Shown piece after piece: positions 9,094 to 19,409 of a stretch of 32,000 bases of DNA. The translations under genes and the position numbers were made by a program. The stretch is taken from the NCBI RefSeq assembly GCF_002075285.3, contig NZ_CP021983.2, positions 510,001 to 542,000 of the forward strand. The letters run 5' to 3'. Under the pieces are notes generated by a model. That model was not told the origin of the DNA and made no database searches. It saw only the letters and a program-made list of their open reading frames with translations. The first letter of the stretch is position 1; each line of letters opens with the position of its first letter. This DNA comes from Halomicronema hongdechloris C2206. GTDB lineage: Bacteria; Cyanobacteriota; Cyanobacteriia; Phormidesmidales; Phormidesmidaceae.

Positions 9094-9963
9094 TTAGACC
9101 ATCATCAGATCCAGCTCGTCTTCTGTCTGGGTGGCAGGGGCATCGCTGGGAGGATTGAGGTAGAAGTCTGACAACAGGGAGAACAGATCCCGATCGGCAG
9201 ATTCCTTCGGGACTACCCCTTCTGGACTGCTCAGGAGCTGATCGGCGATATTCAGGTAAAACTGGCATACCGGCTCCAGGGATGGATCGGTTTCAGCCAT
9301 CTCGAAGATGGTCTTGCCCTTCACCCGCGAGACTCGAATGTCTTCGATCAAGGGCAGAATCTCCAATACCGGCATGGGCACATTTTCGATGTATTTATCG
9401 ATCAGGTCCCGGGTGGAGGTACGGTTGCCGATGAGCCCGGCCAGCCGTAGCGGATGGGTGCGGGCTTTTTCCCGCACGGAGGCGGCGATGCGATTGGCGG
9501 CAAACAGGGCATCGAAGCCGTTATCGGTGACGATCATGCAGTAGTCAGAGTAGTTCAAGGGGGCAGCAAACCCACCACAGACCACATCTCCGAGCACATC
9601 GAAGAGGATGACATCGTACTCATCGAAGGCGTTGAGCTCCTTCAGGAGTTTCACCGTCTCACCGACGACGTAGCCACCGCAGCCAGCTCCAGCTGGAGGC
9701 CCTCCGGCTTCGACGCAGTCGACACCGCCATAGCCGCGGTGGATCACATCCTCGGGCCAGATGTCTTCGTAGTGGAAATCCCTCTCTTGCAGGGTATCGA
9801 TGATGGTGGGAATCAAAAAGCCCGTCAGGGTGAAGGTACTGTCGTGCTTGGGGTCGCACCCAATTTGCAGTACCTTGCGTCCTCGTTTAGCTAGCGCCAC
9901 AGAGATGTTGCAGCTGGTGGTGGACTTACCGATGCCACCTTTGCCATAGACCGAGAGTTTCAC
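9094..9963 (-). CDS. chlL: Light-independent protochlorophyllide reductase iron-sulfur ATP-binding protein
   Basis: [48 protein letters not shown] (NifH-like P-loop and ChlL signature). GTG start preceded by AGGAGA. Confidence 0.97.
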   Translation of the reverse strand: MKLSVYGKGGIGKSTTSCNISVALAKRGRKVLQIGCDPKHDSTFTLTGFLIPTIIDTLQERDFHYEDIWPEDVIHRGYGGVDCVEAGGPPAGAGCGGYVVGETVKLLKELNAFDEYDVILFDVLGDVVCGGFAAPLNYSDYCMIVTDNGFDALFAANRIAASVREKARTHPLRLAGLIGNRTSTRDLIDKYIENVPMPVLEILPLIEDIRVSRVKGKTIFEMAETDPSLEPVCQFYLNIADQLLSSPEGVVPKESADRDLFSLLSDFYLNPPSDAPATQTEDELDLMMV

Positions 9964-10186
9964 GCTTGCTATCTCCTAACGTATTGCTGATTGAGATGAT
10001 TGGTTATGTCGTGACCAACAGCAGTGGCTGCGGCAGCAGCCCTCTGCAGAGTTGGGTGTTTCGGCGTGTTGTTGGCAATCTTGTCACCGCTGCTTCGAGA
10101 ATGAAAGGGGGATCAAAAATGAATCGACTAGTAAATAGAAGTAAATAAGAGAAAAACTGACTAAGGCAAACTCTGAGATATCCGAG

Positions 10187-10214
10187 ATTCTACTAAGACC
10201 ATAAAAACTGTCAG
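10187..10214 (-). promoter_or_regulatory. Candidate sigma70-type promoter for the chlL operon
   Basis: The minus strand reads CTGACA-16 nt-TAGAAT inside the only AT-rich block (about 10140-10270) of the 558-bp region upstream of chlL. This implies a leader of roughly 215 nt. Sequence match only. Confidence 0.25.
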
Positions 10215-10521
10215 AAAGTTATTTTAGATGCCCTATTCTATAAAGCAGAACAATAGACAAAAATTGGCATGGCTGTGATTAGCTTGACGATCGCAACGAG
10301 CTGGCACGCCACCCTGGGCTTGCTATCGTGGCCCTGATTGAGGCTGGGGAGGCATAGGGCTGCCCTGCGGGGGCTCTATCCCGGTTCTTGGCCAGGACCT
10401 CAGAGGCTGGCCGGGGATGGAATCCCGTCAGGCTAGACACCTTTTTATGAATAAGGGTTAATTTTTGCCGTCTGACCGTAGGGCGGCAGTTGGTATCGGC
10501 GGATTTTGCCCAGAGCAGAGA

Positions 10522-11454
10522 TTAATCTAGGCCCAAGCGAGCGGCAATGGTGGCCAGGACCGATTGGCTCAGAGCCTCGTGATCATAGCCCCCCTCGAGG
10601 CCAAACAAGATGCGATCGCACACCGCCGAGCAAGCCTTAGTAAAACGGCCAAAATCCTGAGGCTGTAGAGCGATGCCTGCTAGGGGATCGGCCTTATTAG
10701 CATCATAGCCAGCGCTGATGATCAGCAAATCTGGCTCAAACGCCTTGAGGAATGGAATCAGCTGGCCCTCAAACTGAGCTTGATAATCGGCCCCAATGCT
10801 GCCAGCAGGCATCGGCACATTCAGCACATTATTGTATTCTCCCCTCTCCTCAGCTCTACCAGTGCCAGGGTACGCCGGGGACTGATGGATAGAGCAATAA
10901 CAAATCCGAGGATGATCCTCCACCAAGGCTTGGGTGCCATTGCCATGGTGCACATCCCAATCCAGAATCGCCACTCGCCCGATTCCCGCCTGCGCCAAGG
11001 CATAGTGGGCGGCAACGGCCGTATTCGAGAACAAACAAAACCCCATGCCCCGGTTGCGAATGGCATGGTGCCCCGGCGGTCTAACTAGCACAAAGGCTGA
11101 GTGCCCCGTCGTGAGGACATAATCGACGCCATCCAACCAAGCACTTACCGCCAATAGGGCCACGTCATAGCTGTGGGGAGAGACCGGCGTATCCCCATCG
11201 ACATAGCCCCCACCTTCCTGGGCTAGTCGCCGTAGCGCTTCCACATATTCGGGATTGTGCAGCTTTAGGATGTAGGGCAACACCTGCCGTTGACTCGTCG
11301 CGGTGGGGGACCGCCAGTCGATGGCATCGGCCCAGGGAACGCCCTGCAGCGCCGCAACAATGGCCGTCAACCGACCGGGATTCTCGGGATGAAAAGCCCC
11401 CGTATCATGCTCTAGAAACTGAGGAGAGTAGATAACCGCGAATTCAGAAACCAT
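10522..11454 (-). CDS. Histone deacetylase-family protein (AcuC/acetylpolyamine amidohydrolase-like)
   Basis: RPPGHHA, DWDVHHGNGTQ, SAGYDA, LEGGY motifs. I prefer the ATG at 11454 (MVSEFAVIYSPQF) over the GTG at 11469. Confidence 0.85.
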   Translation of the reverse strand: MVSEFAVIYSPQFLEHDTGAFHPENPGRLTAIVAALQGVPWADAIDWRSPTATSQRQVLPYILKLHNPEYVEALRRLAQEGGGYVDGDTPVSPHSYDVALLAVSAWLDGVDYVLTTGHSAFVLVRPPGHHAIRNRGMGFCLFSNTAVAAHYALAQAGIGRVAILDWDVHHGNGTQALVEDHPRICYCSIHQSPAYPGTGRAEERGEYNNVLNVPMPAGSIGADYQAQFEGQLIPFLKAFEPDLLIISAGYDANKADPLAGIALQPQDFGRFTKACSAVCDRILFGLEGGYDHEALSQSVLATIAARLGLD

Positions 11455-11820
11455 CAGGGGAGGGTGCACAGGGATAGTTTAGCGATAGACAGCGATAGGT
11501 ATGGCAGTGATCCCACCCCCAACTCTGGCAGTCTATCCAGAGAATGAGACCGATCGTTGAGAGGACATTTGAAAACTCGGCTGAAAGCCCTGCAGAGTAA
11601 GCGTTTTAGAGCGTATGGCTCTGTTGGCCAGAATCCAGTCTGGAGCAAGGTTGCAGGGTACTTTCCAAATATCCTCTGAAGTGGATTAGGGATAGCCAAT
11701 TAGTTCTAACCTATCGCAGCGACGCCATCAGTGGAGTGGTTGTCCCCGCCTGCCTGCTTAGACCCACCAGGGCAATGCCCTGGCTATCGGCTGCAGAAGC
11801 CTCAAGGTATCTGAAAAATG

Positions 11821-11829
11821 TGATAGAAT
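11821..11829 (+). promoter_or_regulatory. Candidate extended -10 element (TGaTAGAAT) upstream of gyrA
   Basis: Lies in the AT-rich region about 110 nt upstream of the gyrA ATG. No convincing -35. Sequence match only. Confidence 0.2.
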
Positions 11830-11939
11830 ATTATACGCGTTGCCAAGAAATTTGCAACTTTTTGAGCGCTACTCAGCATTTTTTTCAGCAAATGTCTGGT
11901 TAGCGCTTCATTATTCAAAATTTTGGAGCTTTTTATCGT

Positions 11940-14510
11940 ATGAGCACTCCTGAGCAGCGGATTGTTCCTACGGACCTGCGCAACGAGATGTCCCGGTCCT
12001 ACCTGGAATACGCCATGAGCGTCATTGTCGGTCGGGCCTTACCAGATGCCCGGGATGGTCTTAAGCCAGTGCATCGCCGCATTCTCTATGCCATGCATGA
12101 GTTGGGCCTAACCGCAGATCGGCCCTTCCGTAAGTGCGCTCGTGTGGTGGGTGAGGTGTTGGGTAAGTATCATCCCCATGGCGATAGTGCCGTATATGAT
12201 GCCCTGGTGCGCATGGCTCAGCATTTCTCCATGCGAGCCCCCCTGATCGATGGCCATGGCAATTTCGGGTCGGTGGATAACGATCCACCGGCAGCAATGC
12301 GGTACACCGAGTGCCGCCTACAGGCCCTGAGTAGCGAGGCCTTACTCCAGGATATTGAGTCAGAAACCGTCGACTTCATCGACAACTTCGATGGCTCCCA
12401 ACAGGAGCCAATCGTCTTGCCAGCTCGGGTGCCACAGCTGTTGCTCAACGGCTCGGCAGGCATTGCCGTGGGCATGGCCACCAACATTCCCCCCCACAAT
12501 CTGGGGGAGCTCATCGACGTGGTCATCGCCTTGATTCACAATCCTGACATCAGCCTGCCGGAGCTGATGCAGCATATTCCCGGTCCTGATTTTCCCACCG
12601 GTGGCCAGATCTTGGGCACCAGTGGCATCCGGGAAGCCTACAGCACTGGCCGCGGCTCTATCACCATGCGGGGAGTCGCTGCCATTGAGACCATTGAGCA
12701 GCGGGGGCGCCCCGATCGGGAAGCCATTATCATCACCGAGTTGCCCTACCAGACCAACAAAGCAGCTCTGATCGAACGCATCGCCGAGATGGTGAATGAG
12801 CGGCGGCTGGAAGGCATTGCCGACATTCGCGATGAGAGTGACCGGGAGGGCATGCGCATCGTGATTGAGTTGCGGCGGGATGCCTACCCGCGGGTGGTGC
12901 TCAATAACCTCTATAAGCAGACGCCGCTGCAAAATAACTTCGGGGTGAATATGCTGGCCCTGGTGAATGGCGAACCCCAGGTGCTGAGCCTGAAGCAACT
13001 GCTGGAGACTTTCCTGGACTTCCGGGTGGAGACCATCACCCGCCGCACCCGCTACGAGTTGCGTAAGGCAGAGGAACGGGACCACATTCTACAGGGGTAT
13101 CTCATTGCCCTGGAGAATATGGATGCGGTGATTTATCTGATTCGCCATGCCGCCGATACACCTACGGCTAAGCAAGAGCTGATGGCCTCCTATGAGCTGA
13201 CGGAGCTGCAGGCGGATGCGATTCTGCAGATGCAATTGCGCCGCCTCACGGCCCTGGAAGCCGACAAGATCGAGCAGGAACACCGGGAATTACAGCTGAA
13301 GATCGCCGATTTACGAGATATTCTGGCTCGCCGAGAGCGGATCTTAGAAATCATCGAGACAGAGTTGATGGCTCTGCGGGAGCGCCATGCCAATCCTCGC
13401 CGCACGGCCATTGAGCGAGATGAGGGAGATTTGACGGATATTTCTCTGATCGCCAATGAACAAGTGGTGATTCTGGTGACGGAGCAGGGCTATATCAAGC
13501 GCATGCCAGTAGACACCTTCGAGGCCCAGAGCCGGGCCACTCGGGGTAAGTCAGGCACAAAAATGAAGGATGACGATGGCATTCAGCACTTCATTACCTG
13601 CTGCACCCATGATCATGTCTTGTTCTTCAGCGATCGGGGAGTGGCCTATTCTCTGCGGGCCTATCAGATTCCAGAAGGGTCCCGGGTCTCTCGCGGGGTG
13701 CCGATCGTGCAGATGTTGCCGGTGCCTCGAGAAGAGAAAATTACCTCGGTGTTAGGCATTCGCGAATTTACCGATGATGACTATCTGGTCATGTTGACCC
13801 AGGGAGGCTTCATCAAGAAGACGGCTCTATCGGCCTTTAGCAATATTCGGGCCAATGGGCTGATTGCCATTTCCCTGGCGGAGAATGACCTGTTGCGATG
13901 GGTGCGACTGGGACGAGATACCGATAGCATTCTGATTGCCTCCCGCCAGGGCATGTCGATTCATTTCAAGGCTGATGATGATCAGCTCCGGCCCCTGGGA
14001 CGGCCCACTCGTGGGGTGCGGGCCATGGCGCTGCGGCATGAGGATGAGTTGATCAGCATGGATATTCTCCCTAGTCAGGTGGTGGAAGCAGTGGCCCAAG
14101 CTGCCGATCAGGGAGATGACGATGAAGACAGCGAGACCAGCGAAACCGGGGATAGTCCCTGGGTGTTAGTGATTACGGCAGCGGGACTGGGTAAGCGGGT
14201 GCCAGTCTCTAAGTTCCGGTTACAAAATCGGGCCGGTATGGGCCTCAAGGCGATTAAATTCCGCAAGGGTGGCGATCACCTGGTGGCAGTGCTGGTAGTA
14301 CACGAAGGGGATGAACTGATGTTGATCACCAATCGCGGCATTATCATTCGCCAAGCCAGTGATGATATTTCCATTCAGTCTCGCCAGGCGACAGGAGTGC
14401 GGCTACAGCGGTTGGATGATGATGATGCGATCGCAGCGGTGGCGTTGGTGCCTCCAGCAGCAGAAGAGGCCCTGGCAGCCCCTGAGGAAGAGGGCGCCGC
14501 AGACTCCTAG
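11940..14510 (+). CDS. gyrA: DNA gyrase subunit A
   Basis: 856 aa. [40 protein letters not shown] (active-site Tyr), GyrA-box-like [10 protein letters not shown], beta-pinwheel CTD repeats. Confidence 0.97.
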   Translation: MSTPEQRIVPTDLRNEMSRSYLEYAMSVIVGRALPDARDGLKPVHRRILYAMHELGLTADRPFRKCARVVGEVLGKYHPHGDSAVYDALVRMAQHFSMRAPLIDGHGNFGSVDNDPPAAMRYTECRLQALSSEALLQDIESETVDFIDNFDGSQQEPIVLPARVPQLLLNGSAGIAVGMATNIPPHNLGELIDVVIALIHNPDISLPELMQHIPGPDFPTGGQILGTSGIREAYSTGRGSITMRGVAAIETIEQRGRPDREAIIITELPYQTNKAALIERIAEMVNERRLEGIADIRDESDREGMRIVIELRRDAYPRVVLNNLYKQTPLQNNFGVNMLALVNGEPQVLSLKQLLETFLDFRVETITRRTRYELRKAEERDHILQGYLIALENMDAVIYLIRHAADTPTAKQELMASYELTELQADAILQMQLRRLTALEADKIEQEHRELQLKIADLRDILARRERILEIIETELMALRERHANPRRTAIERDEGDLTDISLIANEQVVILVTEQGYIKRMPVDTFEAQSRATRGKSGTKMKDDDGIQHFITCCTHDHVLFFSDRGVAYSLRAYQIPEGSRVSRGVPIVQMLPVPREEKITSVLGIREFTDDDYLVMLTQGGFIKKTALSAFSNIRANGLIAISLAENDLLRWVRLGRDTDSILIASRQGMSIHFKADDDQLRPLGRPTRGVRAMALRHEDELISMDILPSQVVEAVAQAADQGDDDEDSETSETGDSPWVLVITAAGLGKRVPVSKFRLQNRAGMGLKAIKFRKGGDHLVAVLVVHEGDELMLITNRGIIIRQASDDISIQSRQATGVRLQRLDDDDAIAAVALVPPAAEEALAAPEEEGAADS

Positions 14511-14661
14511 GCCCACCATAGCCAATGGGGTCAGCCGGCGGGTTTAATAGGTATGGATGGCATCGTCATCCCTAGGGGGGTGTTTAAGTGCCATCACTGG
14601 GAAGCTGGCGTAATACATCCCTGTTAGACTCCAGGATAGCTCTGTCCTTCGGCCCATCGGC

Positions 14662-15597
14662 ATGTTCTCAATTTTCATCCTGACCTACAACGAAGAAATC
14701 GATATCGCCGCCTGTATCGAGTCGGCTTTGCTGTCTGACGATGTCATCGTGGTGGATTCGTGCAGTTGCGATCGCACCCTGGCCATTGCCGGCCAGTACC
14801 CGGTGCGGATTGTGCAGCATCCCTTCGAAAGCCATGGCCAGCAGCGCACCTGGATGTTGGAGCAGATTGCCTGCAAATATCCCTGGGCCTACATCCTGGA
14901 AGCCGACGAACGCATGACCCCAGCCCTGTTTCAGGAATGTCTGACGGCGATCCAGCACCCAGAGCGGGTGGGCTACTACGTGGCGGAGCGAGTCATGTTC
15001 ATGGGCACCTGGATTCGCCGCAGCACCCAATTTCCCCGCTATCAATTGCGACTATTGAAGCGGGGCCACGTCTGGTTCGACGACTATGGCCATACCGAGC
15101 GGGAGGTATGCCGCGGGGCCACCGGATTTCTGCAAGAGACCTATCCCCATTACACCTGCAGCAAGGGCCTGAGTCGTTGGATTGAGAAGCACAACCGCTA
15201 CTCCACCGATGAGGCCCGTGAGACCCTGAAACAGCTCGGCCAAGGGCAGATTCATTGGCAACAACTGGTCTGGGGCCGCTCTGAGGTAGAACGCCGCCGG
15301 GCCTTGAAGGATCTGTCCCTGCGCTTGCCGGGGCGGCCCTTGCTTCGTTGGCTCTACATGATGTTTATTCTAGGGGGCTGGCGAGATGGTCGGGCCGGTT
15401 TGGCCTGGTGTACCCTGCAGGCATTCTACGAATATCTCATCGTGCTCAAAGTTTGGGAATTGCGTCATCCCGACCAGATGATCGGCATGCCGCAATCTAC
15501 AGCTACCACCTCCGGCCCTGAGGCTGCCAGTGCTGCCGCCAAACCAGTGCACGACGCTACCCAACTCTCGTCGCCCTCCCTCAGTGGTCGTTCTTAA
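14662..15597 (+). CDS. Family 2 glycosyltransferase
   Basis: FSIFILTYNEEIDIAACIES...DVIVVDSCSCDRT is the GT2 N-terminal pattern; EADE lies at the DxD position. Confidence 0.8.
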   Translation: MFSIFILTYNEEIDIAACIESALLSDDVIVVDSCSCDRTLAIAGQYPVRIVQHPFESHGQQRTWMLEQIACKYPWAYILEADERMTPALFQECLTAIQHPERVGYYVAERVMFMGTWIRRSTQFPRYQLRLLKRGHVWFDDYGHTEREVCRGATGFLQETYPHYTCSKGLSRWIEKHNRYSTDEARETLKQLGQGQIHWQQLVWGRSEVERRRALKDLSLRLPGRPLLRWLYMMFILGGWRDGRAGLAWCTLQAFYEYLIVLKVWELRHPDQMIGMPQSTATTSGPEAASAAAKPVHDATQLSSPSLSGRS

Positions 15598-15629
15598 GCG
15601 GCTGGCAGACGGTAGACTCGGGAAGATGG

Positions 15630-17063
15630 GTGAGGACTCCCGTGGCGGTTGATTATGATCTGGTGGTATTGGGGGGGACTTGGGAGGGCCGAGAGGTGGC
15701 CCTAACAGGAGCGCTTCAGGGGGCCCGAGTCGCCCTCGTGGAGCCTACGGTGAACCCATTACAGGCCCAGCTCTGGGGGCAGGCGCTAATGGCCCTGGGA
15801 CGGCAATGGCGAGATATCCAGCAAGCCACAGAATGGTTACCCCTAACCCCAGACTCCCTGGCCGGCAACTTGGTGCAGCAGTGGGCCAGGGCCGTTGCTC
15901 AGCTGGGCCAAGAGACCGTATCTCGGCATCACTTGGCCCTGCAAGGCGTAGATGTGGTGACAGACGCCGCGCAGTTTGTCAGTCACCCCCGCTTAGCGGT
16001 GAGCAGCGGCCGGCGTCAGTTGACGGCCCGGGCCTACCTGATTGCCACGGGGGCTCAAACCCCACCCCCTGAAGCAGTCCCCCTTGCCGCTAGAACCTAT
16101 TTGACCCCAGAGACCCTGGGACAGCTAGAGACCTGGCCCCGGCACTTAACCATCTTAGGAAGTACCCCGCCAGCCTTGGCGTTAAGTCAAGCCTTTAGGA
16201 GTCTTGGCGTTCGAGTGGCGCTGGTTCTGCCTACGGTGTCTCCATTGCCGGGGGAAGATCCCGAGACAGTGCAGCTCATTCTCAGTCAGCTGCAGGTGGA
16301 TGGCATTGAGCTGCATAGGCAGCGCTCCCTGCGCCAAGTGGCCCCCCGACCTGCCGGCTGGCAAGTCACCACGGAGGACGCCGATTGGCTCACAGACCAT
16401 ATCTTAGTAGCCACGGCTCCCTTACCTGCGATCGCATCTCTCAACCTGGAAGCCGTTGGCATATCCTGGGGGCGGCAAGGATTGCCTGTCAGTGATACCC
16501 TGCAAACACACCATCCCCGCATTTTTGCCCTGGGATCGGTCTTAGGAGGCTATGGCTTAAGTGCCCTGGCCCGCTATGAAGGCCATATCGCCCTGGCTAA
16601 TGCCCTCTATTTACCCCGTTCTCGGGTACAGTACCATCACATTCCCTATCGCCTCGAGACCATTCCGCCCTTGGATCGCGTCGGCCTTACCGCTCAGCAG
16701 GCCCAGCGGTACTATGGTGACGCGGCACGAGTCATCCAGGTAGGGCGACAACATACTCTACAGGCCCAGATGAGCAACGATCCGACCGGCTTCTGTAGGC
16801 TCATCGTTCACCGCAACGGCACAGTGCTAGGCGCTCACATCATCGGCGATAGGTCTAGAGATCTGATCCAGACCGTCGCCCTGCTGATGACCCAAGGCGG
16901 TAAGATCAATGCTCTGGCCCGCCTACCGACGGCGGCCAGTGAGGCCCATGACCTGCTGCGACAAGCAGCCCAGCAATGGCAACAGAACCGCTGGCAACCC
17001 GGGCGATGGCGCCGCGATTGGGCCGAAAACTGGTTTAACTGGCGCCGCTCCGCCGTGCGGTGA
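15630..17063 (+). CDS. Pyridine nucleotide-disulfide oxidoreductase-fold protein, divergent (possibly non-catalytic)
   Basis: YDLVVLGGTWEGREVAL...VALVE (FAD-binding beta-alpha-beta). A second Rossmann at LTILGSTPPALALSQAFRSLGVRVALV. C-terminal dimerisation-domain pattern IPYRLETIPPLDRVGLTAQQA. GTG start. Confidence 0.7.
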   Translation: MRTPVAVDYDLVVLGGTWEGREVALTGALQGARVALVEPTVNPLQAQLWGQALMALGRQWRDIQQATEWLPLTPDSLAGNLVQQWARAVAQLGQETVSRHHLALQGVDVVTDAAQFVSHPRLAVSSGRRQLTARAYLIATGAQTPPPEAVPLAARTYLTPETLGQLETWPRHLTILGSTPPALALSQAFRSLGVRVALVLPTVSPLPGEDPETVQLILSQLQVDGIELHRQRSLRQVAPRPAGWQVTTEDADWLTDHILVATAPLPAIASLNLEAVGISWGRQGLPVSDTLQTHHPRIFALGSVLGGYGLSALARYEGHIALANALYLPRSRVQYHHIPYRLETIPPLDRVGLTAQQAQRYYGDAARVIQVGRQHTLQAQMSNDPTGFCRLIVHRNGTVLGAHIIGDRSRDLIQTVALLMTQGGKINALARLPTAASEAHDLLRQAAQQWQQNRWQPGRWRRDWAENWFNWRRSAVR

Positions 17064-17166
17064 ATTGAGGGCCAAGGCGATTGGTTTCCAAGAGAAACCT
17101 GACATGATGGTTTAGAACTAATTTGCAAAGGGAATCTTAAGAGGCAGTCTATCCCAGTTCTGGTAA

Positions 17167-17213
17167 AGCCTTCAGCACTCTGTCGCAGCTTGACAGAGTC
17201 ACGCTGGAAGGCT
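17167..17213 (+). other. Long two-tier hairpin in the intergenic region
   Basis: AGCCTTCAGC-ACTCTGTC-gcagctt-GACAGAGT-cac-GCTG(G)AAGGCT. Flanked by CTTAAGAGG (17136-17144) / CCTCTTAGG (17247-17255) and two TTTGCAAA palindromes (17122-17129, 17236-17243). Confidence 0.4.
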
Positions 17214-17579
17214 GATGTGACTGACTTTCACGAAGTTTGCAAATCACCTCTTAGGCCGAGTGGCGAGTAATTTGAGGCAGAGATGGATGAGTGATTTCAT
17301 GGCCCTCTGCTGCAAACCACGAAGAGCTGACTAAAAAAACTCCAACAAACGGTAAATATACCCCCGATACAGGGCTGACTCAGTCCTGATTGGGATATAC
17401 GATTTAGCCTCTCCAAGAACACCCTGGAGCGAGGATTCACCTGGGTGGGGAATATGAACGAAATACAAAAAATATAAAGAATTCATGCCAGCTGCAGACA
17501 TGGAAGCTATAAATAGACTGTCCTATTCAAGATGGATATAGATATATCAGTTGTCTCTTAGATAAAACGGCTATTGGCA

Positions 17580-19265
17580 ATGATCTCTCTCTTAAAACGG
17601 CTATTGAATTGGATTAAAACGTTGCTTGGGCTCAATCGGTCTGAGCGTCGTTCTTCTGGGCCTAACCGCCTACCTAAACCTCATCCCAAAACCAGTCAGC
17701 ACGCAGGGGGAAATGATGTCAATAGCCAGTCAACCTCATCGCCTGCCACTGACATTAGTTTTCCAGCCAAACTAAGGCGAACCCTTTATCAGAGTTTTTA
17801 TGCTCTAGATAGAGGGGATGACTGGATCGATCTCGCACCTCTAGGCAATGCCATAAAGCAGCAAGATCCAACGTTTTCGGTGGCGCAATATAATTACGGC
17901 CGACTGAGTGAGTTGCTAGAAGCTGCCGCAGATTTAGTCGAGCTGGATCGGCCTAATAATCGAGCTCGGCTACGAAATCCAGCCAATATAAAAGCCTTCT
18001 TGATCAAAGCATTCAGTGACATATCGAGTAATGATGGCTGGATCCACCTAGCCAGTGTGGGGCATCAGGTAAATCAACTCAACCCTGAGTTCTCGGCATC
18101 GAAGTACGGGTTTAGAAAGTTTAGGGAATTCATCGAGAGCTGCTCAGACCTGATTGACTTAAAGAAAGACGACTCCGTTTATCCATCTCGGTATTATGTT
18201 CGTTTGAGGCAGCCAAAAACACCTCCAAAAGTCCCCGGAAAATCTTCAGAAAGCACCAAACTACCATCCCCGCGAAGGCCTAAGCCTAAGTCCCGTCAAC
18301 CCGATATCGTCCGTCTGCTTAGCTATGCGTTTTTCCCAAATCTAGAGGACGCCTATCACCAGTTAGCAGACCTGGCATTGCCAGAAAAATGGTACTTCGG
18401 GTCAGTGCCTCCCAGAGGATTTCGATACCCAATTCTGAGGAATTATTTAGATTACACCTTTATTCGATTACAGTACGAAAATAAGGTCACTACATCTCCT
18501 AAGGGGGACTACAGCGCCTTCAACACGGGGTTAGTTGATAGAAAATATGAATTTATTTATGCCCTCTTTGGTCGAGATACCTATGGTCGTCCCCAAGACT
18601 GGTATTTAATTAACTTTTGCATCCTGGGAGAAGGACGAGAGGGCAAAACCCTAGCAGCTGAATTTGGCGTCTTACCTAGTGCCAATTATTTCAACCAACC
18701 AGCTGATATTTTTTACGACAGTCATGCCGGAGCCCCTCAGGTAGATTGGCGTCACATCATTCAAGACAACAGCGATCGCCTACCGCTAAAATTTTTACAG
18801 GACAACTGCCCTCAGGGATTCGTGCCTCAAGATGTCAGAAACGTGTCTTCTGAAGCCAAGGCACACTACAGGCAACAGTTTTCTGATGCCCTCAGCGCCG
18901 ACCCTCAAGCCTATCGAACCATCGTTTCCCGCTGTGAATCGGCATTACACTTTGCCCTGCTTAAAACCCAGTTGAACTATCGCACAGCGATTCCCTACTA
19001 CAATCCCCGTAAAAATCGCCTGCAGCTGATGCTGCCTCTGTCTCTGATGCGGGATGATGCCGTAGATTGTGCCCTAGTCGTGGAGCGAGAGTCATCAGCA
19101 GATCCCTACATTGGCCACACGATTCTGCCCCTAATCTGGGCCTATAAAAATGCCAGATTGATTGGACGTTTAGAGGAACCTTGGCTCAGGACTAGCCTTA
19201 TCAGCGGCTCTGAAGACGCCACGTTTGACACAGACACCGACTTGGATGACGAGGAAGACGATTAG
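17580..19265 (+). CDS. Two OST-HTH/LOTUS domains + DUF3825 domain protein (function unknown, predicted RNA-associated)
   Basis: Two repeats of the OST-HTH pattern: (DDWIDLAPLGNAIKQQDPTFSVAQYNYGRLSELLEAAADLVEL) and (DGWIHLASVGHQVNQLNPEFSASKYGFRKFREFIESCSDLIDL). The C-terminal domain has WYFG...YPILRNYLDYTFIRL...NTGLVDRKYEFIYALF...YRTAIPYYNPRKNRLQLMLPLSL...HTILPLIWAYKNARLI, which I recognise as DUF3825. Basic P/K/S linkers and an acidic tail. ATG at 17580 preferred over TTG at 17574. Confidence 0.75.
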   Translation: MISLLKRLLNWIKTLLGLNRSERRSSGPNRLPKPHPKTSQHAGGNDVNSQSTSSPATDISFPAKLRRTLYQSFYALDRGDDWIDLAPLGNAIKQQDPTFSVAQYNYGRLSELLEAAADLVELDRPNNRARLRNPANIKAFLIKAFSDISSNDGWIHLASVGHQVNQLNPEFSASKYGFRKFREFIESCSDLIDLKKDDSVYPSRYYVRLRQPKTPPKVPGKSSESTKLPSPRRPKPKSRQPDIVRLLSYAFFPNLEDAYHQLADLALPEKWYFGSVPPRGFRYPILRNYLDYTFIRLQYENKVTTSPKGDYSAFNTGLVDRKYEFIYALFGRDTYGRPQDWYLINFCILGEGREGKTLAAEFGVLPSANYFNQPADIFYDSHAGAPQVDWRHIIQDNSDRLPLKFLQDNCPQGFVPQDVRNVSSEAKAHYRQQFSDALSADPQAYRTIVSRCESALHFALLKTQLNYRTAIPYYNPRKNRLQLMLPLSLMRDDAVDCALVVERESSADPYIGHTILPLIWAYKNARLIGRLEEPWLRTSLISGSEDATFDTDTDLDDEEDD

Positions 19266-19328
19266 TCACCTACCAAGGCACACCCTTATCCCTGCCATAT
19301 CAGATCCGCCTCTGGATTAGCCGACTCC

Positions 19329-19409
19329 CTGATAGTTCAAGTCGCGCCTATGGGCCTGATAGTTCAAGTCGCGCCTATGGGCCTGATAGTTCAAGTCGCG
19401 CCTATGGGC
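19329..19409. repeat. Perfect 27-bp tandem repeat x3 (CTGATAGTTCAAGTCGCGCCTATGGGC)
   Basis: Direct reading: copies at 19329-19355, 19356-19382 and 19383-19409, with no spacers. With the flanking GCG, the last copy forms the palindrome CGCGCC-tatg-GGCGCG. Confidence 0.95.

Noticed and set aside
9966-10148. A 60-aa plus-strand ORF in the chlL upstream region.
   Set aside because: It is antisense to the probable chlL leader, has no family resemblance and starts at a non-ATG codon. More likely non-coding 5' UTR or promoter DNA.
12061-14099. Multiple long antisense ORFs inside gyrA (e.g. 12360-13085, 241 aa). Similar antisense or out-of-frame ORFs lie inside the antiporter, chlN, chlL, the LDH-like gene and the kinases.
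   Set aside because: Such ORFs are typical of GC-rich coding DNA. All are fully nested in strongly supported genes and have biased, low-complexity composition (Arg/Gly/Pro/His-rich).
14060-14170. The acidic insertion in the GyrA C-terminal domain ([19 protein letters not shown]) as something unusual.
   Set aside because: Low-complexity acidic loops in GyrA CTD blades vary among bacteria. The frame is intact, and I have no basis for calling it novel without alignment.
19329-19409. The 27-bp x3 repeat as a CRISPR array or tRNA-derived att site. The unit contains GTTCAAGTC, which is reminiscent of a T-loop.
   Set aside because: Copies are directly abutting with no spacers, so it is not CRISPR. 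No complementary T-stem, acceptor stem or cloverleaf can be drawn around the T-loop-like bases, and no integrase is nearby.
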